64,000 nucleotides of DNA from a virus, in IMG/VR virus record IMGVR_UViG_3300048591_000348, positions 15,920 to 79,919 of that record; one strand, written 5' to 3'. Positions within the stretch are counted from its first letter, which is position 1, and the number at the start of each line of letters is the position of its first letter. Positions 36,075-45,992 of the stretch are shown here, piece by piece. A program made the translations under genes and the position numbers. Under the pieces are notes generated by a model, which ran no database searches, was not told the origin of the DNA, and saw only the letters and a program-made list of their open reading frames with translations.

Positions 36075-37121
36075 ATGGCTGATGGTAATCAGGAATGGGC
36101 TTACTACCGCGCTGCACTTCGCGGTGAATTAGGGCCGATCAAAGAGTCCGACCCACAGACGGGATACTACCGCCACTACACCGACAATGAGGTCGCCATT
36201 TGGCGCGAAGGCGGCTCGGTCCTGATGTTGGTTGGGACGGAAAATGTTGAAGATCCAATCGACCAAGGTCGCATCTGGATCTCCTGCGCCAAGAAGCCCG
36301 TCAGCTACGATCGGTATGTTGCGAAGCAAGAGACAGGATCTTGGTCGCCTCTTCCCGAAGCGACCGACGAGGCACAGCCCGGGGCCGGCCACAACAGTGG
36401 CAACGTCGATGCCTACATCAAGATGCGTGAGGAACTGCTTGGCGAGGTCAGCGAGTCGTCAGCCTTTTACGCCAAGAACCCAGTCACCACGAAAGATGAC
36501 GCTGACCGGGCGCAAGACTGGGGTGACCGTCTAGCGAAGTCGGCCAAGGCCGCGGACAAAATGCGGCTCGAAGAAACGGAGCCGCTGCGGGCGAAGATCG
36601 ACGAGATCAACGCCAAGTGGAGCGGCATCATCAAGCCCGCCGAGCGGCAGGCGGCGGATCTTCGAGGGCTGGCACAAACCTGGGGCAAGGCAGAGGCGGC
36701 ACGCCTTCGGAAGGAGGCGGAGGAAAAGTCTCGGCGAGAATGGGAGGCGCAGCAGCAGAAGGTGCGCGAAGAGCGCGAGGCTGCCCGCAAAAAGGCAGAG
36801 GAAGAGGCTGCCGCCAAGGGCGAAGATGCGCCGCAGGATGATCTTGGCTTCGACCTGCCGCTCGCGCCGCCCCCGCGGCCGACCGTCAAGGCTCCAGACA
36901 TCAAGCTCGGAACCGGCACCGTTGGCAATCGGCGCAGCGTGAAGACGGCGCCCGTCATGCAGGCTGTCATCGTCAATCTCAAAGAAGCTGCGCTCTACCT
37001 CGTTGAGCAGAACCACCCCGAGCTCGTGGCGCTTGTCCAGAGGCTCGCCGACAAGGGCGCCAAGTCGAAGATGCCGATGCCCGGCACGCAGCTTGTCGAG
37101 AAAGAAGAGACGGCGGCTTAG
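36075..37121 (+). CDS. coiled-coil phage protein (recombination module)
   Basis: DPQTGYYR and GHNS motifs; long coiled coil. Confidence 0.7.
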   Translation: MADGNQEWAYYRAALRGELGPIKESDPQTGYYRHYTDNEVAIWREGGSVLMLVGTENVEDPIDQGRIWISCAKKPVSYDRYVAKQETGSWSPLPEATDEAQPGAGHNSGNVDAYIKMREELLGEVSESSAFYAKNPVTTKDDADRAQDWGDRLAKSAKAADKMRLEETEPLRAKIDEINAKWSGIIKPAERQAADLRGLAQTWGKAEAARLRKEAEEKSRREWEAQQQKVREEREAARKKAEEEAAAKGEDAPQDDLGFDLPLAPPPRPTVKAPDIKLGTGTVGNRRSVKTAPVMQAVIVNLKEAALYLVEQNHPELVALVQRLADKGAKSKMPMPGTQLVEKEETAA

Positions 37122-37134
37122 GGGAGGAAGGCAC

Positions 37135-37428
37135 ATGCGACGCACTTTTGCATACGGAGTCGAGCTTGCCGGCATCGGAGAAATTTTCGGGAGTTACATC
37201 GCCGACTGCGGCGACATCGACCTCATCGAGCTTCCAGACGGCGAGGAAGTGACGATGGATTTGCGCGGCAATGCGAGCCATCGCAGTCCGCTCTGCCGGG
37301 CACTCGCCGAGGCGGTTTACCGCGAGCTTATGTCATCGCCTGCCGCGGCCATCGAGCAAATCGCGGCAACACAGCCGCACGAGGACTGGTCGAGCTACGC
37401 GCCAGCTACGATTTGGGGGAATCCATGA
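37135..37428 (+). CDS. hypothetical protein
   Basis: GGAGG SD before MRRTFAY. Confidence 0.55.
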   Translation: MRRTFAYGVELAGIGEIFGSYIADCGDIDLIELPDGEEVTMDLRGNASHRSPLCRALAEAVYRELMSSPAAAIEQIAATQPHEDWSSYAPATIWGNP

Positions 37429-38297
37429 GCGCCGTTATCATTGATGCTTCGGGATACATTTACCGCGCTTTCTACGCGCTACCACCTATCCAGCGTGGCG
37501 ATGGGATGCCCACGGGGGCCGTGCTTGGATATTGCAACATGCTGTGGCGTCTGAAGCGTGACTTTGTGACAGCGAGCCATTTTGCTGTTGTCTTCGACAA
37601 GGGGAAGTCGGCAAAGAGAACTGCGATCTATCCGGACTACAAGGCCCAACGGAAACCTCAACCAGAAGAGTTGTTGCAGCAGTTGGATCTTGTTCGTGAT
37701 GCCACACGCGCCTTCGGCTTCACAGTCGTGGAGTCTGACGGGGTCGAGGCCGACGATCTCCTGGCGAGTTATGCCGAGGTCTTCCGCGACAATTTGGACG
37801 ACGTGACTATCGTCTCTCCGGATAAGGACTTGATCCAGCTCATCCGGGATGGGGTTTCGGTTTTTTGTCCGCTGAAGGGGCGACTTGTTGGCGTCTCTGA
37901 CTCTCTCGACAAGTTCGGCGTCCCGCCGCGCCTCTCGGTTGATGCGCAGGCGCTGATTGGAGACCCGACCGACAACATCCCTGGTGTTCCGTCGATTGGC
38001 CCTAAGACGGCCGGGAAGCTGCTAAGTCAGTTCGGCTCCCTGGACAATCTCCTGGCCAATGCCGATGAGGTTCAGCCCGAGCGATATCGTAGAGCTATTC
38101 AAAACAACATCGATCTCGCCTTGTTGAGCAGGACGCTCGCGACTCTCGATCGGGACGTCCCGCTGCCGCTTGCGCTCTCTGCACTCGAGGCAAAGGACGT
38201 CGATGTGGAAACGCTCATGGCTTTTGCGCGTGAGATGGAGTTTGCGAGTTTCGAGGCCGACGTCGCGAAATTCTATCGCATCGGAGATGCCGCATGA
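37425..38297 (+). CDS. 5'-3' exonuclease / flap endonuclease (stand-alone PolA N-domain)
   Basis: IDAS..YRAF, YKAQR, EADD, DKD, GDPTDNIPGVPSIGPKTA. Confidence 0.92.
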   Translation: MSAVIIDASGYIYRAFYALPPIQRGDGMPTGAVLGYCNMLWRLKRDFVTASHFAVVFDKGKSAKRTAIYPDYKAQRKPQPEELLQQLDLVRDATRAFGFTVVESDGVEADDLLASYAEVFRDNLDDVTIVSPDKDLIQLIRDGVSVFCPLKGRLVGVSDSLDKFGVPPRLSVDAQALIGDPTDNIPGVPSIGPKTAGKLLSQFGSLDNLLANADEVQPERYRRAIQNNIDLALLSRTLATLDRDVPLPLALSALEAKDVDVETLMAFAREMEFASFEADVAKFYRIGDAA

Positions 38298-39202
38298 GCG
38301 ATACCGATATTGAAATTCTCGCTCCGGTCGAGAGCAAAGACGAAAGCATGGCGATCTCCCTCGCAAGGGCAGAGATCGATCAGCAGATTTCCACCGCCAA
38401 AGCATATCCGCGGTCTATCGAGAAGGCCGTCAAGGGCATCACGGCGCTTGCTCTGCTCGATGTGGAAACCGCTCAATCCTGCACTTATGCGCTCCCGAGA
38501 GGTGGCAAGCCGATCACCGGCCCGTCTGCACGGTTTGCCGAGATCGTCTTTTCCCAGTGGGGCAACGCTCGGGTGTCTGCCCGCGTGGTGCATGTGGACA
38601 AGACCGATAAGTATATCGAGGCGGAGGGCATCTTCCACGATCTCGAGACGAACACGGCCAGGCGCGCTCTTGTTCGTCGCCGCATCTCAGACAAGCACGG
38701 CCGCGTGCTTAGCGACGACATGATCACCGTCACGGGAAACGCGGCGGCATCTATTGCGTCGCGCAATGCGATCCTTGCCGGCATCCCTAAAGCGGCCTGG
38801 GGGAAGGCATACGACAAGTGTCTTGCTGCTTTGCGTGGGGACGTGAAAACACTCAGTGTCACGCGCGATGAAGCGATGAAGAATTTCGCCGCATTCGGCG
38901 TGACCCCGGAGCAGGTTTTCGCAGCGCTCGACGTTGCCGGGATCGCCGACGTCACGACTGATCACATCGTAACGCTGCGGGCCATGTTCGCTACGCTCAA
39001 GAACGGCGAAGCGACCGTTGAGGAGATGTTTCCGCCGGCGAAAACGGCAAAGCCGTCGATCGCCAAGGGTACGAAGGCGCCGCCACCGCCTCCCGAGAAC
39101 GGATCGACCGTTGCCCAGCAGGAGGACGAAGCCCCGACGCGGGCCGCCGCGAAGGTGGCCGTCGTTCGCCGCGTTCCGCCGCCGCCGCCACCGGCTGAAT
39201 AG
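38294..39202 (+). CDS. putative ssDNA-annealing / recombination protein
   Basis: AEIDQQISTAKAYPRS...GPSARFAE motif; coupled to the exonuclease. Confidence 0.6.
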   Translation: MSDTDIEILAPVESKDESMAISLARAEIDQQISTAKAYPRSIEKAVKGITALALLDVETAQSCTYALPRGGKPITGPSARFAEIVFSQWGNARVSARVVHVDKTDKYIEAEGIFHDLETNTARRALVRRRISDKHGRVLSDDMITVTGNAAASIASRNAILAGIPKAAWGKAYDKCLAALRGDVKTLSVTRDEAMKNFAAFGVTPEQVFAALDVAGIADVTTDHIVTLRAMFATLKNGEATVEEMFPPAKTAKPSIAKGTKAPPPPPENGSTVAQQEDEAPTRAAAKVAVVRRVPPPPPPAE

Positions 39203-39349
39203 GGGGGGGTGGGATGCGCATGCTCTCAATCAACACCTTCGACACGCACATTGGATTTTGGCAGGAGAATGCCAACGATCCCTCCTTTCAGCGCGATATC
39301 TACTTGAACGTTCATGCTGTCGAGCTTCTCTCACATCACGGATTGCTAG

Positions 39350-40354
39350 ATGGCTGACAAAACCAGCATAGAGTGGACGCGCGACCTCGACGGAAACCCT
39401 GGTGCGACATGGAACCCGATCACGGGATGCTCGATCGTCTCGCCAGGATGCACAAACTGCTACGCTATGCAGCTCGCCGGCACGAGACTGCGTCACCATG
39501 AGAGCCGCGCCGGCTTGACGCGCGAGGTCAACGGCAACCACGTCTGGACGGGCGACGTTCGGCTCAACGAGCAGTGGCTGACTCAGCCGCTGAAATGGAC
39601 GCGCCCGCGCCAGATCTTCGTCTGCGCGCACGGCGACCTGTTTCACGAGCACGTGCCCGACGAATGGATCGACCGCGTTTTCGCGGTGATGGCGCTCTGC
39701 CCGCAGCACACGTTTCAGGTGCTCACGAAGCGGTCAGCGCGGATGCGGGAGTACGTTTCCGAGGTTCGCGCAACTTGGGCCAAGCCAGGCGTCGCGTCGC
39801 CGGGCAGCGAGCGCATCCGCTTGCAGATGTGCACCATCAAGGGCGTTGACGAGGACGATTATCAGACTGGTCTCGCTGAGTGGCCCCTCCCTAACGTCTG
39901 GATCGGCGTCAGCGCTGAGGATCAGCGCCGCGCCGACGAGCGCATTCCGGATCTGATCGAAACACCAGCAGCCGTGCGGTTCGTCAGCGCTGAGCCGCTG
40001 CTCGGGCCAATCGAGTTCCGCGATATCTGGGACGGCATCGACGTGTTGCGCCGACGATCTGGAGCAACCCTAGACTGGGTCATCGTCGGCGGTGAGAGCG
40101 GCCGCAACGCGCGCCCAATGAAGAGAGAGTGGGCCGATAGCATTGTCAGCCAGTGCAAAGACGCTTGCACTCCCGTTTTCGTGAAGCAGCTAGGCGCCGC
40201 CTTCTCGGACGAAACGGACGGGATTGCCGGTGCGTCGTTGCGCGTATCGAGCGAAGCCACAGGCCTCATATCGCGTCGACTCAATGATCGCAAAGGTGGC
40301 GATATGGCCGAATGGCCCGAGGCTCTCCGCGTGAGGGAGATGCCCCATGCGTAA
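39350..40354 (+). CDS. Gp37/Gp68 (DUF5131) radical-SAM-like protein
   Basis: TSIEWT, WNPITGC..VSPGCTNCYA, DLFH, LTKR, SAEPLL, WVIVGGESG. Confidence 0.9.
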   Translation: MADKTSIEWTRDLDGNPGATWNPITGCSIVSPGCTNCYAMQLAGTRLRHHESRAGLTREVNGNHVWTGDVRLNEQWLTQPLKWTRPRQIFVCAHGDLFHEHVPDEWIDRVFAVMALCPQHTFQVLTKRSARMREYVSEVRATWAKPGVASPGSERIRLQMCTIKGVDEDDYQTGLAEWPLPNVWIGVSAEDQRRADERIPDLIETPAAVRFVSAEPLLGPIEFRDIWDGIDVLRRRSGATLDWVIVGGESGRNARPMKREWADSIVSQCKDACTPVFVKQLGAAFSDETDGIAGASLRVSSEATGLISRRLNDRKGGDMAEWPEALRVREMPHA

Positions 40355-40817
40355 CGTCGACGTTATCATTCTGAAGCTCTTGGGCCTGGGGCGGCTCCAA
40401 GTCGATTTCGGCACCGGACTGGTGTACGCGCCTCGATCAAACACGCCATCGAAGCCCATTGGAACGCTGACAAAGAAGGGGTACCTACGCGCCTGCATCA
40501 ACTTCAAAGGTCACCAAGTCCACGCGATGGTGCATCGAGTGGTGTGGGTCGCAGCGAATGGTGCTGTGCCCGACGGAATGCAGATCGATCACCGCAACAC
40601 GATTAAGACGGACAACCACCCCGACAATCTTGAGGCAGTGCCTCAACCCACGAATATGGCCCGAGCCGCCGCCGCGGGCCTATGTCGAGGAAACGGGCGA
40701 AAAGACGGAATCCGGGACGCCAAAGGCCGGTTCGGCAAGAAGCACGCCGGCCGCCTTCTCGACGGCCGGGAGTGGAGCGAGATGCCAGGTAGGCCCAGCG
40801 CCGAGGTGACGGCATGA
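40347..40817 (+). CDS. HNH endonuclease
   Basis: KGYL...VHRVVW...QIDHRNTIKTDNHPDNLE. Confidence 0.85.
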   Translation: MRNVDVIILKLLGLGRLQVDFGTGLVYAPRSNTPSKPIGTLTKKGYLRACINFKGHQVHAMVHRVVWVAANGAVPDGMQIDHRNTIKTDNHPDNLEAVPQPTNMARAAAAGLCRGNGRKDGIRDAKGRFGKKHAGRLLDGREWSEMPGRPSAEVTA

Positions 40818-41200
40818 CATCCATTTCCCGCCGCGCCATGGGCGTCCGCGATATGCCGGAGGGCGAGCGTCCAATCTCGGAGCAATTCCGGATCGTTGCT
40901 CTGCAATTTGTTGATGCTGACGGTGCCGCAAGTCTCCTCGAAGAACTGAAGACGACGACGCTTGAGAAGATGAAAACGACGCTCATCGATAGCGAAGGCC
41001 AGATGGCCGACAACAAGGCTGAGCGCCTGATCAAGAGCGGAGAGGATTGGTCCGCCTACATCAAAGAAATGGTCTCATCACGAACCAAAGCCAACAAACT
41101 CAAGCTGCAACTTGAGTATCTGCGAATGCGAGAGCGAGAAGAAGACCGGCTGTCGTGGCTCCAGAGAACCGAGAGCCGAATGGGCAGATCCGTCACGTAA
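40814..41200 (+). CDS. conserved phage hypothetical protein
   Basis: DADGAASLLEELK...KAER..KS..W motif. Confidence 0.65.
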   Translation: MTSISRRAMGVRDMPEGERPISEQFRIVALQFVDADGAASLLEELKTTTLEKMKTTLIDSEGQMADNKAERLIKSGEDWSAYIKEMVSSRTKANKLKLQLEYLRMREREEDRLSWLQRTESRMGRSVT

Positions 41201-41335
41201 CTCTTTGGTCAATCCAACAACGCGCCGGGCTCTCCGCTTCCCGAGCCGGCTGTCAAGGCACCGGCGCGTACTGCCGGCGAGTGGGATCAGAATCTAAGCG
41301 CATCCCACTCGCCGGAGCAATCAGGAGCGACGGAC

Positions 41336-41773
41336 GTGGATAAGAGAAAGGTGCCGACATTGCGCCAGATCGCGGCTGCCGCGGTGGCTCAATTGTTCAA
41401 GATACCGCGAGAGCACGCAAAACTCATGACGCCGGATCAGATGCTTTCTCTTGTCCATGTCGATCACGATCCTGTCCCATTCGCGTTGGCCCGCGATCTC
41501 GGTTGGTCACCGGAACAATACAATCATCCAAGCAATCTAACGCTGCGACTGATCAGGGACCACCGGACCAAGACCGCAAGCAAGGACATCCCGGATCTGG
41601 CGAAGACAGATCGTATCAGAACCGAGCACGCCGAGTTCCAGCGCCGGATTCTCGCTAAGGCAGGCGCCGACACGCCAGTTGGCGCCACTCGAAAGCTGAA
41701 ACGCAAAATCACGTCACGGCCGTTTAGATCCAAGAGCGCATCAAGTTCGAGGGGGAATAAGTGGAATCGGTGA
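41336..41773 (+). CDS. degenerate HNH-like protein
   Basis: VDHDP...NL......HRTKT..D...AK..R. Confidence 0.6.
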   Translation: MDKRKVPTLRQIAAAAVAQLFKIPREHAKLMTPDQMLSLVHVDHDPVPFALARDLGWSPEQYNHPSNLTLRLIRDHRTKTASKDIPDLAKTDRIRTEHAEFQRRILAKAGADTPVGATRKLKRKITSRPFRSKSASSSRGNKWNR

Positions 41774-42103
41774 GCGTTGGCCGCGGTAGATCGCGCGGCA
41801 ATGGAATAAGCGCCATGCAGAACTACACGCTGGAAGTCCTGTTTCTTGCTTTCTTCTGCATCACCGTCGTGCAGTTGTCTCTCGTGCTGGTGGTCATGTG
41901 GGCTGGCGAGAGATTCGGAGTGTGGCAATCCGCTCCTTATGTCTTGGCCGGGTATGTCGCTGCTTACTGCGCGGTCATCTATCTCGTGATGGGGTAATCG
42001 CCATGGAGCGGCACGAAGTGCTTCTCGGAGAATTTGAGCTTATCCTGGGCCCCCGCGGCAAAGGTGTCGCTGCCCACAACATGTTCGCGGAGGACTGCGT
42101 CAA

Positions 42104-42438
42104 TGGCTGACTCTCCGTATATGCTGGTGAAGGATGCGCTATCCACCATTCCCGCGAAAATCTGCGAGAGGCGGTTCCGGACCATCGCCAGGAAGATCGG
42201 TCGTCATCGTCTGGGCGGAGCTCAGATGATGGTAACATCGGACGATGTCGACGCAATCTTGGAGGCTATGACGTGCTCAAACTCAAAAAGAGAAAAGGCA
42301 GCCCCTTCTGGCAGATCACGGGAACGGTCGTCACGCCAAGTGCCGCTCAACCCGTCCGCCAAAGCACTGGCACTACTGACTACGCACAAGCGTGCGAAGC
42401 AGCGTCAGCACTCGAAGCGCGCATCCGCAGAGAGCTGA
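42104..42438 (+). CDS. putative excisionase / recombination directionality factor
   Basis: Small basic ORF overlapping the integrase start; assignment by position only. Confidence 0.4.
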
Positions 42439-43415
42439 CATACGGCAAGGAGAACGAAACATTATTCGCGGAAGCGGCTCACGATTACATCGAGGATAAG
42501 CAGAACGAAGGGGATGAAGTCTGTTCGCCACGCCTAGCTGATCTTATTAAGGAGGTTGGGACGCGTAAGCTCGCCAGTTTCTCCAGCGGCGAGGTTCAGG
42601 ACATCGCCAAGAAGATTTTGCCGAACGGCACTGCATCCACAAGAAACCGGCACGGCATCGCCCCATTCATGGCTGTGTACAATTACGCGGTGCTCCGCAA
42701 CAAGGCGCCACCTATGAAAGTTGAGCGCTTCGAGGAGAAGCCCGCGAAAACCGTATCCGTCGATCGGGCGTGGATTGATGCGTTTCGGGCAAAGTGCGCC
42801 GATCCATACGTAAAAGCCATGTGTCGCCTGATGTTCGAGACTGGCATGCGACTCGGAACAGCGACTGGGCTGACGCGGGCCATGATCAACGCGAGCGAGT
42901 GCTCGATCGATGTGCCGGCTACGCTCCTGAAGAACGATGAAGATCATTCATTCCCAGTTACGGAATCGATGCTGCACGAGTTGCAGAACCTTCCCGATAT
43001 CAAGACATTCAACAAGGAGAGCGGGAAGAGGGACGGCCGCGGTCGCAAGCGCAATCCGGATCTGTTGTTCGGCTTCTCGTACAACAGCGGCGTCTACCGA
43101 CATTGGGACCAGGCATGCACCGATGCGAAGATCACTTACGTTCCGCCACACCAGGCCGGCCGCCACTCGTTTGCAACGGTGATGCTGGTTGACAACGAGG
43201 TTGACCCCATCACTGTCGCGGAGATAGCAGGCTGGAAAGATCCCAACTTTATGTTGAAAAAATACCCACACGCGAGAAAGGCGAAGCTACGCGCGGTGGT
43301 TGAGAGGGTATCGGGGCAGCCTGTTCCAAAAAGGAAGAAACGCACAAATCTTGCACACAAAGACGGCGTCGCCGAGGGCGACAATGTAATAAAACTAAGG
43401 AAAAGAGTAGGTTAG
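42273..43415 (+). CDS. int: tyrosine integrase
   Basis: TGMR, KND, HQAGRH, AGW and KKY catalytic motifs; adjacent to the att core. Confidence 0.9.
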   Translation: MLKLKKRKGSPFWQITGTVVTPSAAQPVRQSTGTTDYAQACEAASALEARIRRELTYGKENETLFAEAAHDYIEDKQNEGDEVCSPRLADLIKEVGTRKLASFSSGEVQDIAKKILPNGTASTRNRHGIAPFMAVYNYAVLRNKAPPMKVERFEEKPAKTVSVDRAWIDAFRAKCADPYVKAMCRLMFETGMRLGTATGLTRAMINASECSIDVPATLLKNDEDHSFPVTESMLHELQNLPDIKTFNKESGKRDGRGRKRNPDLLFGFSYNSGVYRHWDQACTDAKITYVPPHQAGRHSFATVMLVDNEVDPITVAEIAGWKDPNFMLKKYPHARKAKLRAVVERVSGQPVPKRKKRTNLAHKDGVAEGDNVIKLRKRVG

Positions 43416-43416
43416 A

Positions 43417-43463
43417 TGGCGCACCCGACAGGATTCGAACCTGTGACCTCTGCCTTCGGAGGG
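43417..43463 (-). other. attP core: 3' half of tRNA-Arg(CCG)
   Basis: - strand CCCTCCGAAGGCAGAGGTCACAGGTTCGAATCCTGTCGGGTGCGCCA has the anticodon loop, T-arm and CCA; no 5' half. Confidence 0.9.
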
Positions 43464-43648
43464 CCGTCGGAATTGACGGTCCAATCGGCGAAAAGACAAA
43501 CAAAAACAGCACACTTGATCGATTTTCTGTGATCTTAGCAGGTCGAGAACCTGCGCATAACAGACGTGAACTTGCGTAGAACATGGCGGCTTAAGTTGCA
43601 CACAGATTGCACACACCTTTTACGGGTATTTTATTTTCAACGCGACCC

Positions 43649-44212
43649 ATGCGGGCAATTGGTCCGCTCGGATTCGAAATCGAATGGAAGGGAATAGTAG
43701 TGGCTCCAGACAACATGACGAAGGAAGAGAGCGACGCGTATCACGGGATACGGGCGGCGATGCAACTGGCGCACTCCACTGCCGCAAACGCGGGTTGGTA
43801 CAAAGACCCGGAAACGGGCAAGGACATCGAGCGCAACTTCGGTGAGGTCATTGCGCTGATGCACTCCGAGCTCTCCGAAGCGCTGGAGTCCGACCGCAAG
43901 AGCTTGATGGATGACAAACTGACGGACCGGCCAGGGCAGGAGGTCGAGATTGCGGATACGTTCATCAGGGTAGGTGACACATCCATAGCCCGTGGCGAAG
44001 ACGTGCCGGCGGCTTTCATTGAGGTTGCTCGCCTCCTGCGGCGGCACTCCCTAGCGGAGATCCGGTTCGCTCTCCTTTATTTCCGCATGGCGGAGACGTG
44101 CGCCTATCTCGGATACGACTTGCCCGGCGCCATAGTATCGAAGAACCGCTTCAACAAAAAACGAGCCGACCACCAACTGGCCAACCGAGCTGCTGGCGGC
44201 AAGAAGTATTGA
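43649..44212 (+). CDS. MazG-like nucleotide pyrophosphohydrolase
   Basis: IALMHSELSEALE...EIADTFIR...KNRFNKKR. Confidence 0.8.
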   Translation: MRAIGPLGFEIEWKGIVVAPDNMTKEESDAYHGIRAAMQLAHSTAANAGWYKDPETGKDIERNFGEVIALMHSELSEALESDRKSLMDDKLTDRPGQEVEIADTFIRVGDTSIARGEDVPAAFIEVARLLRRHSLAEIRFALLYFRMAETCAYLGYDLPGAIVSKNRFNKKRADHQLANRAAGGKKY

Positions 44213-44274
44213 GTCGAACCCACTGGCGCCTTGCCCCATCTGGGGTTGCCGAGCCACATTGAGCATGCACTGGG

Positions 44275-44631
44275 ATGTCGTCCGCAAGCCTTCTCACCGA
44301 TGCAGCAAGACTTCTGAAGGCTCAGGCAACCGTCGTCGTGGGCCACCTGGCCCTCGATGCCAAAGGACGCCCGTGCGCTCCCCATACGTCTCGAGCGAAG
44401 ACGTTCGATGCGCTGGGTGCGCTCTATAGAGTTTGCGGAGTGAAGGTGGAGAAGACAGCCGATAACAGGAATCTTCTAGCAGCTCTAGCCCATCTCGACT
44501 GGGCCGCTGCGCTCCTGCATCACCGGACGATTGTCGGCGTCAATGATGAACTCGGCTTGGATGAGGTGCTTGAATGCTATCGATCTGCCTATCGAGCGGC
44601 GATCGATAGCCCGACGCAAGAGGCTGCGTGA
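44275..44631 (+). CDS. hypothetical protein
   Basis: 118 aa; ALGAL...VND motif. Confidence 0.55.
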   Translation: MSSASLLTDAARLLKAQATVVVGHLALDAKGRPCAPHTSRAKTFDALGALYRVCGVKVEKTADNRNLLAALAHLDWAAALLHHRTIVGVNDELGLDEVLECYRSAYRAAIDSPTQEAA

Positions 44632-44641
44632 CAAGCCTCCC

Positions 44642-44911
44642 CTACCTCTTCAGCCCGAATCTAGCTGCGTCTCTGATCGGCGCCATCATATTCCGCACCA
44701 GATCCCCAAGAGCCATCCATTTGTCTGGTGCCTCCTGAGTGATGCCGTACTCGTAAATCGCTTGCGTCGCATCACTCTCGATCTTCTTGAGTGCGGCTTG
44801 CGCCTGCACAAGCCGGCGAGCCGTCTCAACTGGTGTTGCGGCCAACTGCGACACGAGTATTTCTTGGGCGTGATATTGCTGCGACAGATCGCGGTTGGCC
44901 GGCGTCTTCAT
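44642..44911 (-). CDS. hypothetical protein
   Basis: Coupled to the NYN gene. Confidence 0.5.
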   Translation of the reverse strand: MKTPANRDLSQQYHAQEILVSQLAATPVETARRLVQAQAALKKIESDATQAIYEYGITQEAPDKWMALGDLVRNMMAPIRDAARFGLKR

Positions 44912-45462
44912 TCGGCTGCCTCCTTGGCGGGGATGGGCCTCGATATTCCATCGGCGATGTCAGCGACATCGATGAAGACGTCGGCCTGTCGGCGCATCTC
45001 GTCGGAAACCGATGCCGGCTGTGTCTTGATCGTAGAGACAACGGTTACGCGGACACCCTTGGCCTGGATGGCATTTACGAGGGGCCGAAACTCGCCGCTG
45101 CCGGAGAATAGAACGATATGCTCGACCGTATCGGAGATCCGCATCGCGCAGACGGCCAGGTCGACGTCGATGCTCATCCTCGTGCGGCGAGGGCCGCTCG
45201 CGTCCGTGTATTCCCTCACAACCTTGGTGACGGTTGTAAAGCCATTGTAGGCCAGCCAATCGACCAGTGGCTGGAGGGATGAATACCCCGACTCATCCTC
45301 CGTGATCGCCGTGAAGTAATAAGCTCGCACGACGCGGGCCTTGTCTTGGAAGAAGGCGAGCAGCTTCTTGTAGTCCGGGTTGAGGCCCAGCGCCCGCGTT
45401 GTAGAGTGGAAGTTGGCGCCGTCGATTAGGATGGCTACCCGCTCAGTCGGATAGAACGACAT
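44908..45462 (-). CDS. NYN/LabA-DUF88 domain protein
   Basis: IDGAN, RAYYF, DVDLAV, LFSGSGEF, GVRVTVV, RRQADVF. Confidence 0.9.
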   Translation of the reverse strand: MSFYPTERVAILIDGANFHSTTRALGLNPDYKKLLAFFQDKARVVRAYYFTAITEDESGYSSLQPLVDWLAYNGFTTVTKVVREYTDASGPRRTRMSIDVDLAVCAMRISDTVEHIVLFSGSGEFRPLVNAIQAKGVRVTVVSTIKTQPASVSDEMRRQADVFIDVADIADGISRPIPAKEAAE

Positions 45463-45706
45463 CGGTGAGTCCCCCAAAATATCGTCACATAGATATGTTG
45501 CGATTTCGGGAACATGCCACCAATCCCGGAGAAGTCAAGATACGGAGGCGGAACGGCTCACGACATCGCGGCGCGCGCATCGGCCTTCGGGCCGTGAGCC
45601 CGTGGGGCTTTCGCTTACAGCTTGATGATCGTCCACCAGCCTATGGACGCGCAAGCGAAGGCCAGAACGGCCCAGCCGAACCAGCAAGCAATAGATAGGA
45701 AGCGGT

Positions 45707-45952
45707 CTACCCTTTGAAAATCCCCCGGAGTAAAGCCGCGGCTATATCTCCGATCCGCTCGGCTTTGACGTTTGTCAGGAGCCCAGCCCCGAGCAAAGTC
45801 GCCACTAGGCCGATTCGGATAAACCAAGCCTTGATCTGCTGCACTTGGTCGTGAAGATCCTCGTGGGAATCTTCCAAATCGGCGATCATCCTGTCGTGGT
45901 GGGACAGGCGTTCGATTGCCCGCCCGAACTCGATCCCGGTCTCCAAGTCCAT
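45707..45952 (-). CDS. holin-like membrane protein
   Basis: Coiled coil plus one TM helix at the end of the lysis cassette. Confidence 0.5.
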   Translation of the reverse strand: MDLETGIEFGRAIERLSHHDRMIADLEDSHEDLHDQVQQIKAWFIRIGLVATLLGAGLLTNVKAERIGDIAAALLRGIFKG

Positions 45953-45992
45953 AGGCAGGATACCTCGCTGGCATCGGCGTCCCTCGCGACGT

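Noticed and set aside
43417-43463. Functional tRNA gene
   Set aside because: The 5' acceptor strand and D-arm are missing; it is an att core
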